A stretch of 64,000 bases of DNA from a virus (taxonomy: Duplodnaviria > Heunggongvirae > Uroviricota > Caudoviricetes): positions 291,486-355,485 of IMG/VR virus record IMGVR_UViG_3300030332_001481. One strand, written 5' to 3'. The translations under genes and the position numbers were made by a program. Below are positions 10,294 to 20,093 of this stretch, in pieces. The notes beneath the pieces are model-generated. The model saw only the letters and a list, made by a program, of their open reading frames with translations. It had not been told where the DNA came from and made no database searches. Each line of letters opens with the position of its first letter. The stretch's first letter is position 1.

Positions 10294-10724
10294 AGCTGCT
10301 CCTCGATGCGCTTTTTGGACCTAAGCTCGTCGTTGGCGTCGCTGCCTGTGTCTAGCTGCTGCTTGAGCGGCGTATCAATGGGAGCAGCACACGTGACAGG
10401 AACCGTTTTGGCTAGGTCCCCTACCTGTGTCAGACCGTGACCTGCCAGCAGGGAGGCGGTCACATTTGCCTGTAGGTTGAAACGAGCAGGTGGATGGTTG
10501 AACAAGAACTTGAAGGACCCATCAGCGTTGCCGAACCTGCGGTCAAAGCAGATTTCAGCCACGGTAACTCCTCGGTGTATGAGGGAAGTAGTACCGGTCC
10601 CCACGAACTCGGGGTGTGCCAGCTGCTCATCCGAGTCTGGATCGTAGATCCATGCCTCTACGAGAACAGTATCACCGTCCTCGATGTACTCAGCTTTGAC
10701 ATCTAGGTAGAGGTTGGTGGGCAT
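10290..10724 (-). CDS. Hypothetical Ig-like/beta protein
   Basis: 144 aa ORF overlapping the downstream start. Confidence 0.7.
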   Translation of the reverse strand: MPTNLYLDVKAEYIEDGDTVLVEAWIYDPDSDEQLAHPEFVGTGTTSLIHRGVTVAEICFDRRFGNADGSFKFLFNHPPARFNLQANVTASLLAGHGLTQVGDLAKTVPVTCAAPIDTPLKQQLDTGSDANDELRSKKRIEEQL

Positions 10725-10727
10725 CTA

Positions 10728-11138
10728 TTAGTCGGGGGATGGGGCCTTGAAGGTGGTTCCCTGTGACCCAACCGTGATGTTGCGGTTGTCCCAGATGATG
10801 GAGTCGGGGTCGGAGACCACAAGCGTGTAGCTGTCTACAATCGTGTCGGCGCCTGCATCATAGGAGTACGTGATGGTGCACACGTACTGATGAAACGTAG
10901 CTGCTTCGATGTTCAGTGCCCCAGAGTATAGGAAGCTGGACCCTGGAACGAGGGTTAGATCGATCTCGCCCAGCGTGCCCATGTCGAGATCCTTGACCAT
11001 GGAACCTGTGTCCGGGTCAGTGCGGAAGATCTCACAGAGGGGATCGGCATCGGGGCTCACCAATGACCCGTCAGAGCGCTTGCACACTGTGGTGATCGCT
11101 ACGTGGGACATCCCCTTGTGTGCGAGTAAAAACGACAT
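10728..11138 (-). CDS. Hypothetical Ig-like/beta protein (putative structural)
   Basis: 136 aa beta-strand-rich ORF, TGATG coupling. Confidence 0.7.
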   Translation of the reverse strand: MSFLLAHKGMSHVAITTVCKRSDGSLVSPDADPLCEIFRTDPDTGSMVKDLDMGTLGEIDLTLVPGSSFLYSGALNIEAATFHQYVCTITYSYDAGADTIVDSYTLVVSDPDSIIWDNRNITVGSQGTTFKAPSPD

Positions 11139-12748
11139 CAGCTAAGGTCCATGACTGAGGGTAAATCGTTGTCGGAGATACTACGATTGAACGTGCGCCC
11201 AACACCAGACGTGGTCTCCCATGCCTTCAAGAGATCGTTGACCTGCTTGATCCACGCAATGATCTCACTCTTCTTCTGAGCTGCTGCCCTAAAAGATAGG
11301 GGCTTATGGAAGTACAGAGCTGCCCCCGTGTTGGTGCGGTGAATGTCACTCTCGATTCCAAGGACTCCCTCAAGCGCAGCCTTCTCATTCTCCAAGATGT
11401 TGACAATCGTGTCCTTGAGAGTGGTGCCGTCCTTGTCCTTGTGCCTGTCGGTGGGGGCGTTTGCCCAGATGATCATAGGACGGTAGTGCTGGTCGAAGTC
11501 CAGGAACCCAGAGAACCTATCCTGGCTGACCTCATTGACGGTCACCTGGTAGATGTCGGGGGTGAGCATCTTCTGCTCGGAGAATTCTAAGGTCGGGAGG
11601 TGTTGCCCTGACAGGTGACCTGGAGGAATCGTTGTCTTGATTACTGGGATGGTCTTGCCGTCATCTGACAGATCGTTGAACATCTTCTCGATCTCGTCCC
11701 AGCCCGACTTGTCCGTACGCTGCCCTGGCTCAACTCCCAGAATCTGAACGAACTTGTCGTGGTAGGCCTCCAGCTTGGCATTGTCGGAAGACACTAGAAC
11801 TGCACGACTCCCAGTCGCCAGGTAGTCGGTCTGTACTGCTCCCTTGGAGTGCTCAGTGACCCTGCGGAGGATTCTACGGGCTTCCTCTGCCTTGGTCTTT
11901 GGGATGAGTACAGTGTAACGACCCCGGGGCTTCTCGAAGATATCGAGACCAGCGTTGAACTCCGAAGGATCGTCTTTGGTAACCTTACGGAGAAGGTTCC
12001 AAGCGATGGCGGCATCAACCGGCGAAACTGCGTAGTAGTGGGTGTCTGCGCTGTCCATTTCAAAGTTGAAGTCTAGAATCGACTTACTGAGATGGTACAG
12101 GGTAACGCTCTCCTGGGCGTCGCTGGTGCCCGCGTGTTGGTTGACAAACGCGCTGAGCTTGTCGTACTGGGCATCCATGAACTCGGACTGATGCGGGGAG
12201 GGACGGTGAGTTGACTCCGTGTCAACATGGTAGTTCTGACCGTCAAGCTCGATGCTCTTTACCGCACGGATGATCCCGTTCACGACGTTATCGAGCTTGA
12301 GGGGTGTTCCCTTAGGGGAATCCACTACTATGGCGTCTACCTCATGAATCTTGTCTAGCAGGGTCCTGAGGGGCTGATCGAGTGCACCAGGATTAGGTGC
12401 TCGGGGGTGCGCCCGCTCAGGCAACTCGAAGGTACCATTGGTGACTGAGTTGACCTTCTCGAACCGACGAATGAACGAAGGCAACAGGTAGCCGTTGTGT
12501 TCCAGTGTGGTCGCAACTGCCCAGAGCCCCTTGAGAATGTTCTTTCCCTGATCAGATCCCAGGACGCCGTGACTGTACATCACGGAGAAGATCGTGGACA
12601 TCACGCGGTCGAACACCGTGGCGCTCACGCCAGGCGGGACCTCAGCAACCTTCAAGGTCGGGTCCGTCATGACTCGATGAGCGAGCTTCTGCAGTTCGAT
12701 GGCCTGCTCTTCAAGTAGAATTTTGGTGATCGACATCGAATAACTCAC
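11138..12748 (-). CDS. Hypothetical protein (putative virion protein)
   Basis: 536 aa ORF coupled on both sides. Confidence 0.8.
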   Translation of the reverse strand: MSYSMSITKILLEEQAIELQKLAHRVMTDPTLKVAEVPPGVSATVFDRVMSTIFSVMYSHGVLGSDQGKNILKGLWAVATTLEHNGYLLPSFIRRFEKVNSVTNGTFELPERAHPRAPNPGALDQPLRTLLDKIHEVDAIVVDSPKGTPLKLDNVVNGIIRAVKSIELDGQNYHVDTESTHRPSPHQSEFMDAQYDKLSAFVNQHAGTSDAQESVTLYHLSKSILDFNFEMDSADTHYYAVSPVDAAIAWNLLRKVTKDDPSEFNAGLDIFEKPRGRYTVLIPKTKAEEARRILRRVTEHSKGAVQTDYLATGSRAVLVSSDNAKLEAYHDKFVQILGVEPGQRTDKSGWDEIEKMFNDLSDDGKTIPVIKTTIPPGHLSGQHLPTLEFSEQKMLTPDIYQVTVNEVSQDRFSGFLDFDQHYRPMIIWANAPTDRHKDKDGTTLKDTIVNILENEKAALEGVLGIESDIHRTNTGAALYFHKPLSFRAAAQKKSEIIAWIKQVNDLLKAWETTSGVGRTFNRSISDNDLPSVMDLS

Positions 12749-13539
12749 TTCTTAGGTCGGATAGGAGCCCAACGCCCTAGGTCGTAGCCGTCTTTCTCAA
12801 GCTGCTGCCACAGCGCCTTCATCTTGCGCGCAGCAGGCCGGCTCATCGTGTAGCCCTCGTAGCAAAGACCGTTCGCCAGCTCCTTCATGGACCTATGGAT
12901 GGTCGAGGACCCATGAACAGAGGTAGAAGAGGGACTAGCATCCTGCTTGTAGGCAGGGGTGCCCTTCCTTGCACACTCAGATAACCAGAACTTCTCCGCG
13001 AGAGCCCACTTATCAGAGTTGGCCTTTGGAGCCATGATCATCTTGCGCTTCTTCTTGTCACGCAAGATCGAGTTCCAGAGGGGAAGTGCCTGGGGAGAGC
13101 ATCCCTGCGGGGGCTGACCTACCTTGGGCCGCCCACCACCAGCAGCTGTGCAGAGCTTTCGACGCTCCGCCTTGGGCATCGCAGCCGCTGTCCTCAAAAT
13201 CTCCTTGAAGGGGGTCTCCTGTGGAGCGGACAATCCAAGGGCAGCAGCTCCCTCATCGAGGGTGGTGGGATTCCACACACGAGCTACAGCCAGGCGCAGG
13301 TCAGAAAGACTCACACTGGACTTGACGAACGTTTCCGCCGAGCGAACAGAGGCTTGCTTCGTGGTAAGTCCCAAGGTCTGAAGAGTGCCGAAGAACTCAT
13401 GGGCGTAACGGTGCGGCAGCGCCTTGAAGATCTTCAAGAACGCGTCCTCACTTGCCAAGATCTCATACAGCTTCTCAGCCGACGCTGAGTACACCAGAGA
13501 CCGCTGGGTTTCCAGGTCTGACATCAGGATCTCAGGCAA
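12745..13539 (-). CDS. Basic hypothetical protein with ChaB-like module
   Basis: 264 aa ORF; similarity to 10033-10293 and 11138-12748. Confidence 0.75.
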   Translation of the reverse strand: MPEILMSDLETQRSLVYSASAEKLYEILASEDAFLKIFKALPHRYAHEFFGTLQTLGLTTKQASVRSAETFVKSSVSLSDLRLAVARVWNPTTLDEGAAALGLSAPQETPFKEILRTAAAMPKAERRKLCTAAGGGRPKVGQPPQGCSPQALPLWNSILRDKKKRKMIMAPKANSDKWALAEKFWLSECARKGTPAYKQDASPSSTSVHGSSTIHRSMKELANGLCYEGYTMSRPAARKMKALWQQLEKDGYDLGRWAPIRPKK

Positions 13540-14023
13540 GCTCCGCGAGAAGTGAAATCTCAGCGGCGTTCTTCTGCCCGAGCTTGTACGCCAAGCGAAG
13601 GTCCTTGTTCAGCTTGGTTCCCTTACGAGCAGCAACCACTGAGCCAGCCACAGCCGCAACCAGACGAGTCGCAAGGGCTTCTGCACCCTTGAACCCAGCC
13701 TTGGTCAAGCTAGCCTGGATCTTGTTACGAACCTCCACGAAGTCCGGAGACTTGGACGCCGACTTGGCACCCGCCTGCGCGGCCTGGCTCATGCTTCCAA
13801 TGAAGCTCTGAAGAAGCTGGGCTAACGTCTCGGGCGGAATCGCCTCCATCATCTTGGGAAGCTGCTTCATGACCTGAGGTCCCATCCGGCTAAGCATCGG
13901 TCCGATGCCTCGAATGAGGGCCATGAGAGCGGGGTTCGCCGTCTTCTGCAGGTCGGCAACTACGAGCTTGCGTAGGCGGGCCGCCGTGCGTAGCATCTTC
14001 TTCTGTTCCGGGGTCCGGTTCAT
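13532..14023 (-). CDS. Ala/Met-rich helical hypothetical protein
   Basis: 163 aa ORF with GAGG RBS. Confidence 0.75.
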   Translation of the reverse strand: MNRTPEQKKMLRTAARLRKLVVADLQKTANPALMALIRGIGPMLSRMGPQVMKQLPKMMEAIPPETLAQLLQSFIGSMSQAAQAGAKSASKSPDFVEVRNKIQASLTKAGFKGAEALATRLVAAVAGSVVAARKGTKLNKDLRLAYKLGQKNAAEISLLAELA

Positions 14024-14026
14024 GAT

Positions 14027-15481
14027 TCAAATCCTCTTGTGTAGGGGCAAGCCCTTAGGAAACTCTGGGCCCTCAATGGTTTCGTACGTTTGAGGTGCCT
14101 TGACGTAGGTCACGATGTGAGGATCTGTACCGGGAAATAGTGGGCCAAGGCCTTCTTTGTCCTCCGCCTCATCCATCTCTCCAGCGTCATCCTCGTCTTC
14201 TGCGTCCGGCAGAAGCTTGGTAATTCTATCAGCTACTTCCAGGCCTCGATCCTCGGCTACAGCCCTTACGTACCTAAGTCTAGATAACAGGGAGGCAGGG
14301 ACGTATTGTGCAAGTACTTGATATTGCATCATGAGTGCAGACCCGTGGGTCTCCACACCCAGGACGTTCACCTTCATCTCCTTGCCGTCAATGGCAAGCT
14401 TGATGGCGCCACGGGCATCCAGCACAAGGTCTTCGTACTTGGGGCTGAGAAGGTTGAAGATCAATCTCCCTGAGTGCTCCTCTACCACCTCGATGTCAGC
14501 GCGAGAGTTGCCGATCTGCATGTAGCTCTGCTTGCCCGCGGCCATGCGCTTAGGCATGTCGCCTAGGTAGAGCGGGGTCATCTGCTCGTCGCCTCGGCAG
14601 ACCATGATATGGTCAACCGTCCAGGCAACGGAGGGACACACCTTCTTCTCCCCTGGGCCGTCTACGTAATCGAGCGTTGTGTGCGGCTTGTACTGGTCGT
14701 ACGCGAACTTAGTGTCCACAAGACCTGGGAACTTGAACTCCAGGAACGCCACAATCTCAGTGTGCAGGTAGTCGTGTGGGGTCCTAATGTTGGCTACCCA
14801 GGGATATTTCCCCTCGTCGGACGGGTTCAGGAAGACCTGAGAGCCGTCTGTCATGGCGTCGAAGCTCCTGAATTTCTTCAGGAAATCGCGGAGCTTGTTG
14901 CGTACGCTGTCGTAGTCTTCCTCAGACAGCTCAGGCATGTAGCAGAGCGTGACGTGAGGTGCGTACTCCAGGTCATCGGCGTAGGGGAGGCCCAGATTGG
15001 TAGGTACCTGGAGGGACAGAACACCGGAGCGCGACTTCGCCGCCATCTTGGGGGACTGATCTGCAGATGTGAAGGCGAACGAGAGCGCGAAGGGAGAGTC
15101 AGCGTACTCTTCGAGCGTCCCACCAGCGGGGATCTCCGTCATGCCTGCCAGAGTACCTCGAAAAGAGTCAGTTGAGATCTTGAACTCAACTGTGTGTCCC
15201 TTTTGGCTCTTCAGGAAGTTGTAGTCACTGATGATGTCGTCGACAGACGAGTACCCACCGTCCCGCGCCCATGTGAACTCGATGACCAGGTTGACACCAT
15301 CGGCGATGGCGTTGAGAAGTGTACCATCCCACGACTTCCCGCTTACAGAGAAGTGGACATCCCGGTTGAGATACTTGGTAAAAATCCTCTCGGCAGACTC
15401 CGGATCTAGGATTCTATCAGCTACCTTGAGAACCAACATGATGAACCTACTTGTCGAGGCAGCGGCGAATCGCCTGCTCAA
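14027..15481 (-). CDS. Multidomain protein with central 2H phosphoesterase (LigT/Acb1-like) domain
   Basis: Two HxT motifs, APHVTLCY and KPHTTLDY, about 90 aa apart. Confidence 0.75.
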   Translation of the reverse strand: MSRRFAAASTSRFIMLVLKVADRILDPESAERIFTKYLNRDVHFSVSGKSWDGTLLNAIADGVNLVIEFTWARDGGYSSVDDIISDYNFLKSQKGHTVEFKISTDSFRGTLAGMTEIPAGGTLEEYADSPFALSFAFTSADQSPKMAAKSRSGVLSLQVPTNLGLPYADDLEYAPHVTLCYMPELSEEDYDSVRNKLRDFLKKFRSFDAMTDGSQVFLNPSDEGKYPWVANIRTPHDYLHTEIVAFLEFKFPGLVDTKFAYDQYKPHTTLDYVDGPGEKKVCPSVAWTVDHIMVCRGDEQMTPLYLGDMPKRMAAGKQSYMQIGNSRADIEVVEEHSGRLIFNLLSPKYEDLVLDARGAIKLAIDGKEMKVNVLGVETHGSALMMQYQVLAQYVPASLLSRLRYVRAVAEDRGLEVADRITKLLPDAEDEDDAGEMDEAEDKEGLGPLFPGTDPHIVTYVKAPQTYETIEGPEFPKGLPLHKRI

Positions 15482-16232
15482 GCCCTTCGACCCAGCGGCG
15501 GCAAGTAGCCGCCTTGGAGCAGAAGAAGGTCGTCCGATCGAACGTGTACGCGTCGACTCCGTCGAGGCGGAACTTCTCCATCAGCGTGCGCCCGTCATTA
15601 CCCTGGACAGCCTCAACTGTGAGCCCGTAGGACTCCAGCTGGTACCAGGTGCAGGGCTTGGGTAGGGCCGTGTTCTTGCCGCTTCTGCGCTTTGAGGAGG
15701 CATCGGCGGGACAAACCGAGAACTTGTAGGCAGACTTGGCCTTCACCATCTTGGCCAGGTCCATAACTGCCTCGGCGTCAAGGCCTGTAGGCGGACGAGT
15801 CGCCAGAAGCAGGCAATCACCCCCATCGCAGAGGACGTGCTCCCCTACGTTGGCGCGAGGTCCGGTGACGGTGTTGGATGACGGCTTGACCTTGGTGGGT
15901 CCACCCTTGAAAGAAAAGCCCTCAGCCTGCATGGCCTGCTTGAGTCGGATCAGAAGACGCATCACACGGTCGTTCTGTGTGTAGCTGGTCTTGTCCACCA
16001 CGTGCTGCATGATCTGGTCATACAGATTCTCGGCATCGGTGGAATAGTTCCCCCGCGGCTTGGTCGACCGCTTCTTGGTCGTCTTTTTCTTCGCAGGGGA
16101 CTTCTTCTTGGATGTAGTCTTCTTGGTGGACTTCGTCTTCTTGGCGGGGGCCTTCTTCTTAGTGGTCTTTTTCTTGGTCGTCTTCTTACGTCCTGCAAGG
16201 ACGCGCAGACGCTCAGCGATCACAGTACTCAT
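15447..16232 (-). CDS. Protein with Lys-rich histone-H1-like N-terminus
   Basis: KKTTKKKTTKKKAPAKKTKSTKKTTSKKKSPAKKKTTKK tract. Confidence 0.75.
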   Translation of the reverse strand: MSTVIAERLRVLAGRKKTTKKKTTKKKAPAKKTKSTKKTTSKKKSPAKKKTTKKRSTKPRGNYSTDAENLYDQIMQHVVDKTSYTQNDRVMRLLIRLKQAMQAEGFSFKGGPTKVKPSSNTVTGPRANVGEHVLCDGGDCLLLATRPPTGLDAEAVMDLAKMVKAKSAYKFSVCPADASSKRRSGKNTALPKPCTWYQLESYGLTVEAVQGNDGRTLMEKFRLDGVDAYTFDRTTFFCSKAATCRRWVEGLEQAIRRCLDK

Positions 16233-16570
16233 GACTTACCTAGCTTGCGAAGGGCGACGCGGTAACGGAACAGCGCCTCAGCGCTGGCGTCGTAGTTGGT
16301 GCTGGCTGTGCGGAGGCTGGCTCGGTCGAACACCTCTTCCATCGCCTGCGAGGACTCTACGGAGGCCAGGACTTCTTCGTAGATGCGGTGGACCAGCCCA
16401 TCGTCGTGCAGCTTTCCCGCCGCTGCGGTGATATGCTCGGCAGCCGCGAGCACGGCATCAGCTACCACCTCGCGAGGGTCGCGTGCAGGGGAAATCAGGC
16501 GGTTCAGGCGCTCCAACTTGTCTAGACGAGCCGTTACCTTGGCAATCCTGGTCTGTAGGTCTTCTCTCAT
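16229..16570 (-). CDS. Hypothetical helical protein
   Basis: 113 aa ORF, ATGA overlaps on both sides. Confidence 0.7.
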   Translation of the reverse strand: MREDLQTRIAKVTARLDKLERLNRLISPARDPREVVADAVLAAAEHITAAAGKLHDDGLVHRIYEEVLASVESSQAMEEVFDRASLRTASTNYDASAEALFRYRVALRKLGKS

Positions 16571-16830
16571 GAGTCACCTGATAGCGTGTTCAAAATGCGG
16601 TCGTAGCGCTTGGAGATGAAGGCAAACTGGTCAGCGGTCTTCCGGTTGTTCCGGATGGATTCTGCCAGTAAGGGCAAGTCGCCCTCCTTCAGTGCCTTCT
16701 CCATATCGCTAGATAGCGCGTAAAATTGGTCTGCCATCTTACCTGTATCGGCAGCCAGCTCACGGAAATACCGCAGCAGCTTGGCTGTCCGCGCTACCTT
16801 GCGCAGACGATCGGTTAAATGACCTCGCAT
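16567..16830 (-). CDS. Hypothetical protein, first gene of the minus-strand cluster (start uncertain)
   Basis: Track ORF 16567-16935; MRGHLTDRLRKVA start avoids overlap with the divergent gene. Confidence 0.6.
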   Translation of the reverse strand: MRGHLTDRLRKVARTAKLLRYFRELAADTGKMADQFYALSSDMEKALKEGDLPLLAESIRNNRKTADQFAFISKRYDRILNTLSGDS

Positions 16831-16918
16831 GTGGCCCAGATAATGTGTACTAGGCATTTGTTCAACGAGAAAGCGAGCTTTGCCAACCCTGGCCATACTA
16901 TACGTAAAGGAGGACCTT

Positions 16919-17518
16919 ATGGCTACGCATTTCATTGCGATCTTCCCCTCGTGGAGCGAGAATATGCCCGCGTGGGCCCGGTTCCCTCAGTGGGGAGAGT
17001 GGGATCCGCACACTGGGCGCTACTACCACGGGGGTTCGTCATCCTACATGACCTTCGAGAACGCCGAAGACATAGACCTTGTGCTGTACCTGGGTAAGGC
17101 TGAGACCGAGGAAGACGAGGACGCACTGGTAGATACAGCTCAGCAACTGCTGAGCGACGCGTTTCCGCCGCTGGAAGGCTGCGCAGAGGACTTGGCCACG
17201 TGCTTCAACGGGTGGATCAGCCCCGACGGGCGTATCTTCCCCTGCTTTTCCGAGTCCCACAAGTTCCTGGCATCCAGGCTTCAGAAAAAGGAGGGCATTC
17301 CCGACACGCAGGACAGGAGAGACACGTGGCTCTCCAGTCTTGCGGAGGATTCCCTGCTCGCGTCGGGGTGGGTGAAGGTCTCCCTGATCTACTGGTTCCG
17401 GAACCCTGAGCACTTGGTAACAGCACGGCAGAGTCGTGTAGCGGAACGCATGAGGGAAATCGGAGATTGTCCCACTTTCAGGCGGGCGGCATCTGACTTT
17501 TTGAAGGATAGGCTATAG
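16919..17518 (+). CDS. Phage hypothetical protein (GWISPDG motif)
   Basis: AAAGGAGG RBS before ATG 16919; NGWISPDGRIFPC..H motif. Confidence 0.8.
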   Translation: MATHFIAIFPSWSENMPAWARFPQWGEWDPHTGRYYHGGSSSYMTFENAEDIDLVLYLGKAETEEDEDALVDTAQQLLSDAFPPLEGCAEDLATCFNGWISPDGRIFPCFSESHKFLASRLQKKEGIPDTQDRRDTWLSSLAEDSLLASGWVKVSLIYWFRNPEHLVTARQSRVAERMREIGDCPTFRRAASDFLKDRL

Positions 17519-17521
17519 ATC

Positions 17522-18544
17522 ATGGGATGTTGGAGCGAAACTTGTGTACTTTCACGGATGCCAATCGAGGGAGGCGACCGTGTCGTCTTGTTGCTGATCG
17601 TTGAGTCGCCGTACACCGACCGGTTCTCTCAGTACTGGACTCGCAGTCTTCCGATCTACGGGAAGTACGACGACTACGGCGGCATTGACCTGGACGACTC
17701 CATTGGGGACGAGGAGGACAAGGCAAACCAGCTCGTCTGGCACTACATGTGTCGCCTTTTCGAGGAAGATCTCTACGAGGGACCCAACACCCGGGACCTG
17801 GGACAACCGGCGCCATCGAAAGCACTGCTCAGTCCTGCCAATATTCTGAGTTGGGTGAGTGAGGGTGACCTCTATATCGAAGACGACGCGAGATTTTCCG
17901 ATGCAGAGGCAGACAAGAAACTACAAGTGCATCAGGTCTTGGTTCGAGCGGACATCTGGGAGGCCTTCCTGGGTCAGGTCGTGTCCAGTACAAACCTGCC
18001 GGACGTGGAGTTTGTCTTTGAGTACCTGAAGGGGAAATACCAGGGGCAAGTCCGGCGCACCAAGGCTGCGGCTGAGCTACTCGACAAGCTTTCCGATGAA
18101 GATTCAGAAGCTCTCACGGAAATCAGAGAGCTGGCCTCCGGGCTGTCGCACTACCAGTACCCTGGCCGGGTCGTGATCGGGACCCGTTCCCATGTCGACA
18201 CCCTCAAAATGCTCGCGCAGGACGCAGCAGAGGGGCTGGATGATCCTAACAACGAGATGGTTCTCCGACGAGCGGCGGAGCTTTGCTTCGTAGAGAGCGT
18301 CATGCGGGAGTCGCGTATGGAATGGTATCCTGTACGCGAGGGCACTGGGAGTCAGTACGTCAACGAAGGCATGACCACGCAGCTGCACCTCGAAATGGCC
18401 AGAGCGGGACTCCGCAGGATGATTCGAAACTACGACGATATGCAAGACGAGGACGGTCTGCTAGACCATCAGCTGACCTGCATTGATGCCCTAGTAGAGA
18501 GCCTCGTAGAAACCCTGAAAGCTGAGGGGAAGACACATGACTGA
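17522..18544 (+). CDS. Phage hypothetical protein
   Basis: 340 aa ORF, MGCWSETC...LPIYGKYDDYG N-terminus. Confidence 0.8.
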   Translation: MGCWSETCVLSRMPIEGGDRVVLLLIVESPYTDRFSQYWTRSLPIYGKYDDYGGIDLDDSIGDEEDKANQLVWHYMCRLFEEDLYEGPNTRDLGQPAPSKALLSPANILSWVSEGDLYIEDDARFSDAEADKKLQVHQVLVRADIWEAFLGQVVSSTNLPDVEFVFEYLKGKYQGQVRRTKAAAELLDKLSDEDSEALTEIRELASGLSHYQYPGRVVIGTRSHVDTLKMLAQDAAEGLDDPNNEMVLRRAAELCFVESVMRESRMEWYPVREGTGSQYVNEGMTTQLHLEMARAGLRRMIRNYDDMQDEDGLLDHQLTCIDALVESLVETLKAEGKTHD

Positions 18545-18974
18545 GGGAAAGTTGAGTGAGCCGCTACTCGTTACGGGTGACGACGGGTGGCCGGAGTACT
18601 ACTCGATCGCCAAGACGATGGAGGACCTTCGACGAGATGTCGAGGGGATACTCAGTGATGGAGAACACGCAGTCACCGACATCAGTCTCTGGAAGCGGGT
18701 GGAAGATCTTCCCGAGGAGCCGGAGCGCGGGAGGTACGTCATCGCGCTCGCGTACACGTCGGATGGTGAGCCGTTCGATGTACAGGGCGAGATGTTCTGC
18801 CACGAGACGATCCATCAAGGGCTTCAGCTATCGGAGCGGGACAACGAGAGAGCTGTCGACTGGGCGTGTCAGGTCTGGATGGAGGTCGAGGTGGATATCG
18901 ACACCCGCACCACAGTGAGCGGTATCTGGCTCCCGAAGTCGAAGCAGCGCAAGAGGCGAAAGCGTTTAGCCTAG
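18537..18974 (+). CDS. Hypothetical protein
   Basis: 145 aa ORF overlapping the upstream gene, ends at a terminator. Confidence 0.75.
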   Translation: MTEGKLSEPLLVTGDDGWPEYYSIAKTMEDLRRDVEGILSDGEHAVTDISLWKRVEDLPEEPERGRYVIALAYTSDGEPFDVQGEMFCHETIHQGLQLSERDNERAVDWACQVWMEVEVDIDTRTTVSGIWLPKSKQRKRRKRLA

Positions 18975-18987
18975 CTTCTACAAGCGA

Positions 18988-19033
18988 ACGAGAAAAAGCC
19001 CCGTTGGAATGCTCCAACGGGGCTTTTTCTCGT
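18988..19033. terminator. Bidirectional intrinsic terminator
   Basis: Perfect inverted repeat ACGAGAAAAAGCCCCGTTGGA-ATGC-TCCAACGGGGCTTTTTCTCGT between convergent genes. Confidence 0.9.
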
Positions 19034-19046
19034 CCTTGAACTACGT

Positions 19047-19334
19047 CTAGTTATCGGGTAGCTTTGGCCACAGGCGCCAAACGATGGTGAAGCCACCAAA
19101 TATGTACCCGTCGTCATCAGTACAGGGTAACCACTTACCGGTCCACACCTTATTGGCGAAAGAAACTGGCATGCATAGTAATATCCACAGTACCCCTACG
19201 ACGGGAGAGAGTACAAGTAGGAACGGTGTCAACATCACCCGCATGACGCGGACAGTGAGATAACTAGGCTTCTGATCTTGTACCGGGGCTGTCCGGTACG
19301 GCCCGTCTCCAGTTTCCTCGTTGGTCATGTACAT
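19047..19334 (-). CDS. Small membrane protein
   Basis: Hydrophobic MLTPFLLVLSPVVGVLWILLCM segment. Confidence 0.6.
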   Translation of the reverse strand: MYMTNEETGDGPYRTAPVQDQKPSYLTVRVMRVMLTPFLLVLSPVVGVLWILLCMPVSFANKVWTGKWLPCTDDDGYIFGGFTIVWRLWPKLPDN

Positions 19335-19714
19335 TCGGGATTCCTTCTAGTTTCTAGAGTGCGGTTCAGGCACGCCTGAATGATGTTGAAGCACTCCTGA
19401 GGGGATTTGGTCTCTGCAATGTGCGCAGTTCCTGTGGCCCGCTCCAGCCACTGGTAGGCCTGAGTGCGGCTGATTCGTGGCCTCTTGGAGTGTGGCGCTC
19501 CCTTCCACAGGAGATCGAAGACCTCATGGGCAGCCTTCCGCCAGTGACGCAGCTCTTCCCTGGCGGGACGACCAAGAGGCCTGCCATCCGCGTGGGCGCC
19601 CACCCTGGCGTCACAATCTGGCCATGCCTCGCAGCTGTAGTAGTTCCCATACTCGCCACAGAGGTAAGCCATGTGACTGCCACAGTAAGGGCAGTCCATG
19701 TCTACGCTACTCAT
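19325..19714 (-). CDS. DUF3268-like zinc-finger protein
   Basis: CPYCG...YSC..WPDCDARVGAH..G.PLG.PA..ELR..RK.AH..FD.LW...AYQWL...HI pattern. Confidence 0.8.
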   Translation of the reverse strand: MSSVDMDCPYCGSHMAYLCGEYGNYYSCEAWPDCDARVGAHADGRPLGRPAREELRHWRKAAHEVFDLLWKGAPHSKRPRISRTQAYQWLERATGTAHIAETKSPQECFNIIQACLNRTLETRRNPECT

Positions 19715-20093
19715 TGATCTTCAACCGATACATACGAGCAAACGAACGTAGGCTCCATTCCATTCTGTGCGGTATTTCCCACATGTCATGCGCTGCACGT
19801 AGGCTCTTGAGCCAAGTTACGTTCGGCGCTGGCATACCAATGCTATGACTCAGTACCTCAGTAAGGTCTGAGATATCGCGGCCTTCCATGTCTGGGGTGT
19901 AGTCCTCGTCTCGGATAGCCCATCCAATTGCACAACGACGGTTGTCCTCTCCGCGCAGAGCACACACTAGGGTTTGATTGTTGCAGTAGTCTTTGACTAC
20001 AACAGATCTCTCAAAGCCCTGGCTCTTGAGCCCCGCCCAGGCCAAATCAAAGATGGCCTGCTGTGCTGCGGTATCGGTCGATTCCTGTGTCAT
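19707..20093 (-). CDS. Conserved phage hypothetical protein
   Basis: QG..S...CALRG....CAIG..I.DE.Y...MEG pattern. Confidence 0.75.
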   Translation of the reverse strand: MTQESTDTAAQQAIFDLAWAGLKSQGFERSVVVKDYCNNQTLVCALRGEDNRRCAIGWAIRDEDYTPDMEGRDISDLTEVLSHSIGMPAPNVTWLKSLRAAHDMWEIPHRMEWSLRSFARMYRLKINE

